Source of the DNA: a virus
Lineage: Duplodnaviria > Caudoviricetes
Strand: one strand, 5' to 3'
DNA length: 28,987 bases
IMG/VR virus record: IMGVR_UViG_3300025503_000003
Coordinates: 1-28,987 of that record
Below, in pieces: positions 25,121 through 28,987 of this stretch (position 1 is its first letter; every line of letters starts with the position of its first letter). Under the pieces are notes generated by a model. That model was given only the letters and a program-made list of their open reading frames with translations, had not been told where the DNA came from and did not search any database. A program made the translations under genes and the position numbers.

Positions 25121-27736
25121 ATGACTCGATCATTCAAGAGACTCGCCTTTCTGACCTCGACGGCGCTGTGCGTCGCCGGGCTCAGCAGCGCGGCACGCGC
25201 TCAAGCCTTGACGGGTGTACCGAACCTCAACACCAGCAATTTCACGCTGGTCGAGGATGTCGATTTCACCAAGATGGGCAGCCTGACCGATCTCCAAAAC
25301 TCACCGATGAGCGACATCTGGGGTAACACCTCAGATTTCTGGTTCTCCGGATCGAGCGGCCTGGCGATCTACAACACGTCGTACACGACGACCGGCTCGA
25401 ACGGCACCGCGTTCATGGAGCCTCCGTCAGGCAAGGCGTACGGCCACGGCTACGGCCTGTATCAGTTCACCGGCTCCGCTTCGGTCAGTGGTCAGGGCGC
25501 TGGCATCTGCTTCGAGCTATGGCCTGCCGACAACGTCTGGCTGCCCTCGCAGTATCCCGACAAGGTGTCGGAACTCGATGTGCTCGAGACGTTCGGCGGT
25601 GCGACGGCGACCGGGCAGATCAACAGCACGTTCCACTATTGGGACGCGAACGCCAGTGGCAACAACGGCCAGACCTATCACAATATGTCTGGTATCGACG
25701 TGCTCACCACGCACACCTACAGCATCGACTGGGAAGCCGGCTCGATCACGTACTATGTCGACGGCGTGCCCTACTACCAGGACACCAGTTCGCTCGTTCC
25801 GGCCGATGCCGCCCACGGTGGCGTCAACAAGGCGATGGGCGTCGGGCTGCTCGAAAACGCGGGCCCGGCCGGTCTGTATGTGACGGATGTCCGTTACAGC
25901 AGCCCGAACGCGGGCGGCACCACGCCTCCCGCGAACGAGATCACCCTGATCGCGCCGTCGGGTAACGAGACCGCAGGCACCGCCTTCAGCCTCTCCTTCA
26001 CCGACAACTACAGCGTGACCGGCGCGACCGTCTATGACGGCTCGACCGCGCTGACCGGCACCACGCTGAGCGGCGAGACCGTTTCCGGTATCGACCTGAC
26101 CGCGACCGGCAGCCACTCGCTGACCGTTCATGGGCAGGACGGCACCGTCTCCAACGCGATCACCGTGAACGTCGTGGCCGCCTCGACCCCGAGCGACACC
26201 ATCACCCTCGGCACGCTGCCGAGCCTGACCTCGGGCACGAACGCGACGCTGCCCTTCACGACCGACTACGCGCTCAGCGGCTCGACGATCAGCGTCTCGA
26301 TCGCCGGCGTCGCCTACAGCCTGCCCGTCACCCTGGTCTCGACCGACAGCTACACGGTCGCGGTCCCGGGCACCGACCTGCCGGCTGGCAGCGACGCGAT
26401 CTTCCTGCAGGATGGCAGCAACGCCACCTCGCCGACCGTGACTGCGACCGTCGCCTCGGCGCCGACGCAGCCGAACGTGACCGGCTCCATGTCGGCCCCG
26501 GGCTACTTCGTCGGCGGCTACCTCGTCAGCGGCCCGCAGGACATGCCCGTGACGCTCGGGTCTGCGGTCACTTCCGCCGATGTGGACTTCGAGACCGGCA
26601 GCGGTACGCCGACTCTCGGCGGCCCGAACGACGTGTCGGTAGTCGGGATCGGGACCAGCACCCCGTACGCTCCGTCGGTGCCCGTGTCTGGTTCCGGTGG
26701 CGCAGGCGGCTCGGTCTACCTGTCGCTCAACAAGGGCCCCTTCGTTCAGCAGTTCTCGGTTGGCGTCTATGGCCAGACCGCGGGCCTCACGCTGAACCAG
26801 CCGACCACCCCGCTGGTTGCGGGTGCCACCCAGTCCATCACGGCGACGGCGAACTACACCCCGGGCAACCCGGCCGCAATGGTCGTGAGCATCAACGGCG
26901 TCGAGAGCACCTCCAACGCGACCCTGAGCGGCAGCACCGTGACGGTCCCGCTGAACCTGGCCGCTGGCACGTACAGCATCGGTCTGTTCGACGGCGGCAA
27001 GACCCTTGCCTCGCCGATCTCCGTCACCGTTGCAGCCGCGACCGCACCGCCCGCCGACACGCTCAGCCTCACCGGCCCGAGCAGCCTTGTCAGCGGCAGC
27101 GGTGCGACCCTGGTGCTGACCTCCGACTATGCGATCACGGCTTCGGACGTGACCGTGAAGGTCGGCAGCCAGAGCTACAGCCTGGCCCCGACCGCGGTTT
27201 CCGGTCAGACCGACACGTACGATGTCGCGCTGCCGGCGGCCGATCTGCCGGTCGGAACGGATGCCGTCACCGTGAGCGATGGCAGCAACGCCACGTCGAA
27301 CTCGGTGAGCATTGTGGTATCGGCGCCGCCGCCTGCGGATAGCATCACGCTCGGCACGCTGCCCAGCCTGACCGCCGGCACCAACGCCGTGCTGCCCTTC
27401 ACCAGCGACTATGCGATCACGGCCTCGGACGTGAGCGTGTCGATCGCCGGAACCGCCTACAGCCTGCCGGTCACCGCGGTTTCGGGCGCGACCGACAGCT
27501 ACACCGTTGCGGTGCCGGGTGCCGACATCCCGGCCGGCAGCGACGCGATCTTCGTGCAGGACGGCACCAACGCCACCTCGAACACGGTGACGGTGACTGC
27601 AGCTTCGGCCGCTCCGACCTACACGCTGTCGCAGATGGAAACGGACATCCAGTCCGAGACCTCCATCATCAATACGGCGAACGCGGCGATCAATGCCGAC
27701 ATCGCCAAGTTCCAGGCCGCCAACCCCGGTCAGTAA
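25121..27736 (+). CDS. Signal-peptide-bearing GH16-family glycoside hydrolase with multiple Ig-like repeats and a C-terminal helix, 871 aa
   Basis: ATG at 25121 with GAGGA SD. Signal peptide MTRSFKRLAFLTSTALCVAGLSSAARA/QA. GH16 catalytic ExDxxE motif ELDVLE (25571-25588), plus GYGLYQF, LWPADNVW and HTYSIDWEAGSITYYVDG. Confidence 0.85.
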   Translation: MTRSFKRLAFLTSTALCVAGLSSAARAQALTGVPNLNTSNFTLVEDVDFTKMGSLTDLQNSPMSDIWGNTSDFWFSGSSGLAIYNTSYTTTGSNGTAFMEPPSGKAYGHGYGLYQFTGSASVSGQGAGICFELWPADNVWLPSQYPDKVSELDVLETFGGATATGQINSTFHYWDANASGNNGQTYHNMSGIDVLTTHTYSIDWEAGSITYYVDGVPYYQDTSSLVPADAAHGGVNKAMGVGLLENAGPAGLYVTDVRYSSPNAGGTTPPANEITLIAPSGNETAGTAFSLSFTDNYSVTGATVYDGSTALTGTTLSGETVSGIDLTATGSHSLTVHGQDGTVSNAITVNVVAASTPSDTITLGTLPSLTSGTNATLPFTTDYALSGSTISVSIAGVAYSLPVTLVSTDSYTVAVPGTDLPAGSDAIFLQDGSNATSPTVTATVASAPTQPNVTGSMSAPGYFVGGYLVSGPQDMPVTLGSAVTSADVDFETGSGTPTLGGPNDVSVVGIGTSTPYAPSVPVSGSGGAGGSVYLSLNKGPFVQQFSVGVYGQTAGLTLNQPTTPLVAGATQSITATANYTPGNPAAMVVSINGVESTSNATLSGSTVTVPLNLAAGTYSIGLFDGGKTLASPISVTVAAATAPPADTLSLTGPSSLVSGSGATLVLTSDYAITASDVTVKVGSQSYSLAPTAVSGQTDTYDVALPAADLPVGTDAVTVSDGSNATSNSVSIVVSAPPPADSITLGTLPSLTAGTNAVLPFTSDYAITASDVSVSIAGTAYSLPVTAVSGATDSYTVAVPGADIPAGSDAIFVQDGTNATSNTVTVTAASAAPTYTLSQMETDIQSETSIINTANAAINADIAKFQAANPGQ
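26195..27615 (+). repeat. Three homologous Ig-like repeats of about 90 aa (starting 26195, 27056, 27338), with a different 185-aa module between the first and second
   Basis: Consensus DxITLGTLPSLTxGTNAxLPFTxDYA...YSLPVT...DSYTVAVPGxDxPAGSDAIFxQDGxNATS; the middle copy is more diverged. Confidence 0.9.
26477..27031 (+). repeat. 555-bp module duplicated at 28262..28819
   Basis: Collinear protein similarity. Exact DNA blocks: 26753-26814 = 28538-28599 (62 bp) and 26972-27006 = 28760-28794 (35 bp). Confidence 0.95.
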
Positions 27737-27767
27737 CCCGACCCTCTACCGAGCTCTCTAGGCTTGG

Positions 27768-27805
27768 AAGCCCCTCTCGTCGCAAACGAGAGGGGCTTTT
27801 CTTTT
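27768..27805 (+). terminator. Intrinsic (rho-independent) terminator
   Basis: 13-bp stem AAGCCCCTCTCGT / ACGAGAGGGGCTT with loop CGCAA, running into a TTTTCTTTT tract, 31 nt after the GH16 gene stop. Confidence 0.9.
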
Positions 27806-27818
27806 AGGGACTCGTTTC

Positions 27819-28229
27819 ATGGCCGTTACCTGCTCCGTCGCCAACATTCTCGAGCCGGAAGCGGCGGCCGACGTTACCGCCATCGGCAGCGCCGCGACGC
27901 TGACGATCTACAGCGGTACGCGGCCCGCTAGTCCTGACGCCGCCGTTTCCGGTGCGACGGCGCTGGCGACATTCACATGGAGCGGCGCTGCGGCCACATC
28001 AGCCAACGGCGTCGTGACGATGAACTCCGTCGCGAGCGTCGCCGCCGCGGCCTCCGGAACAGCGGCCTGGGCTCGGTTGGCAAGCAGTTCGCAGACCCCG
28101 GCGACTGCCGGCCTGTTCGACTTCTCCGTGACCGCGACGGGCGGCGGCGGCGACATCACCCTTCCGACCACGACGATCACCGCCGACGTCACGGTGAGCC
28201 TGACGAGCCTGACCATTACCGAGCAGTAA
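27819..28229 (+). CDS. Small beta-rich phage structural protein (fibre/filament subunit-like), 136 aa
   Basis: AGGGA SD. The pattern LTIYSGTRPASPD...GTAAWARL...DFSVTATGGGGDITL is one I recognise from conserved phage virion hypothetical proteins; no family name is asserted. Confidence 0.65.
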   Translation: MAVTCSVANILEPEAAADVTAIGSAATLTIYSGTRPASPDAAVSGATALATFTWSGAAATSANGVVTMNSVASVAAAASGTAAWARLASSSQTPATAGLFDFSVTATGGGGDITLPTTTITADVTVSLTSLTITEQ

Positions 28230-28249
28230 TTAGCTCCCTCGAGGGCTGA

Positions 28250-28987
28250 ATGAGCGGGTCCGTCACCGGGTCGGTCACCGAACCCGGCTACTTCGTCAAC
28301 GGGTACCTCATCAGCGGCCTGCAGGACATGCAGGTCACGCTCGGGTCGGGCGTGACATCGGCTGCCGTCATCTTCACGACGACCAGCACGACTCCATCGT
28401 TGGGGGACGCAGGCCAAGTCAGCGTCGTCGGCATCGGGACCAGCACGCCGTACGCCCCGTCAGTGAATGTCGTCGGCTCCGGTGGCGCGGGCGGCTACTG
28501 CTGGCTGTCCCTGAACGATGGCCCGTACACCCAGCAATTCTCGGTTGGCGTCTATGGCCAGACCGCGGGCCTCACGCTGAACCAGCCGACCACCCCGCTT
28601 GTCGCGAACCAAGCCGGCACGCTCACCGCGACGACGAACTACACCCCGGGCGACCCGGCCGCGATGGTTCTGAGCATCGACGGCGTCGAGAGCACGTCTA
28701 ACGCCACGCTGAGCGGCAACACGGTCACCGTGCCGATTCCTGCGCTCGCAGCCGGCACCTACAGCATCGGTCTGTTCGACGGCGGCAAGACCCTCGCCTC
28801 GCCGATCTCAGTCACGGTCGGGAGCGCATCGAGCAGCGTCGCCGTCACCGGGGCCGCAGTTCGCGCAGGCCACAAGGCCACGTCCAGCGCGACACTGAAG
28901 CAAGCCGCTCAGGGCGCCGCGGCGCGCACGCCGCTGAAGGCTTCGGGTGCGGCAGGCCTCGCGGTTCATGCGTCGGGCGCAGCTACT
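28250..28987 (+). CDS. Fibre-like protein, 3'-truncated by the window edge (missing from the ORF track); its N-terminus is the duplicated module, followed by Ala/Gly-rich sequence
   Basis: ATG at 28250 after GAGGG; open to the end of the window (246 codons): MSGSVTGSVTEPGYFVNGYLISGLQD...ASPISVTVGSASSSVAVTGAAVRAGHKA... Confidence 0.85.
   Translation, partial: MSGSVTGSVTEPGYFVNGYLISGLQDMQVTLGSGVTSAAVIFTTTSTTPSLGDAGQVSVVGIGTSTPYAPSVNVVGSGGAGGYCWLSLNDGPYTQQFSVGVYGQTAGLTLNQPTTPLVANQAGTLTATTNYTPGDPAAMVLSIDGVESTSNATLSGNTVTVPIPALAAGTYSIGLFDGGKTLASPISVTVGSASSSVAVTGAAVRAGHKATSSATLKQAAQGAAARTPLKASGAAGLAVHASGAAT

Noticed and set aside
24901-25121. Stop-codon readthrough fusing the two hydrolase genes
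   Set aside because: Reading past the TAG reaches a TGA at about 25045, and the next gene is in a different frame.
28250-28300. MSGSVTGSVTEPGYF as a third copy of the MSGAYWEQP tag
   Set aside because: It lacks the YW core, and the PGYF part belongs to the duplicated module that is internal in the GH16 protein.
26477-28819. Diversity-generating retroelement TR/VR pair
   Set aside because: Differences are not adenine-specific, both copies are coding, the repeat is not C-terminal, and no reverse transcriptase is visible.
1-28987. CRISPR array, rRNA/tRNA genes, integrase or transposase
   Set aside because: No regularly spaced repeat-spacer pattern or recognisable motifs were seen by eye.

Overview
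A high-GC (about 65-70% by spot counts) segment of a contractile-tailed (myovirus-type) phage or prophage genome, probably from a Gram-negative, possibly acidophilic alphaproteobacterial host (inferred). It has three blocks. (1) A + strand tail/baseplate operon (<2..13444): tape measure with a lytic transglycosylase domain, hub-like protein, spike, beta-propeller-like protein, tube initiator, LysM/gp25 wedge, baseplate J- and I-like proteins, a Gly-rich tail fibre and a probable spanin pair. (2) An oppositely oriented packaging operon (21068..13425): large terminase, portal, a 1108-aa multidomain glycosyltransferase and a small Cys-motif protein. (3) A divergent + strand cluster (21229..>28987) of very large Ser/Thr/Gly/Ala-rich fibre or adhesin proteins carrying GH5-like and GH16 glycoside hydrolase domains, Ig-like repeats and a duplicated 185-aa module. 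The most notable signals are a 16-aa N-terminal peptide (MSGAYWEQPx[YF]LxxLQ) shared, with synonymous codon changes, by two otherwise unrelated proteins 17 kb apart; the coupling of a glycosyltransferase and glycan hydrolases to the morphogenesis genes; Sec-type signal peptides on fibre-like proteins; and two pairs of repeated upstream DNA motifs. All family calls come from motif recognition by eye; no database searches were run.
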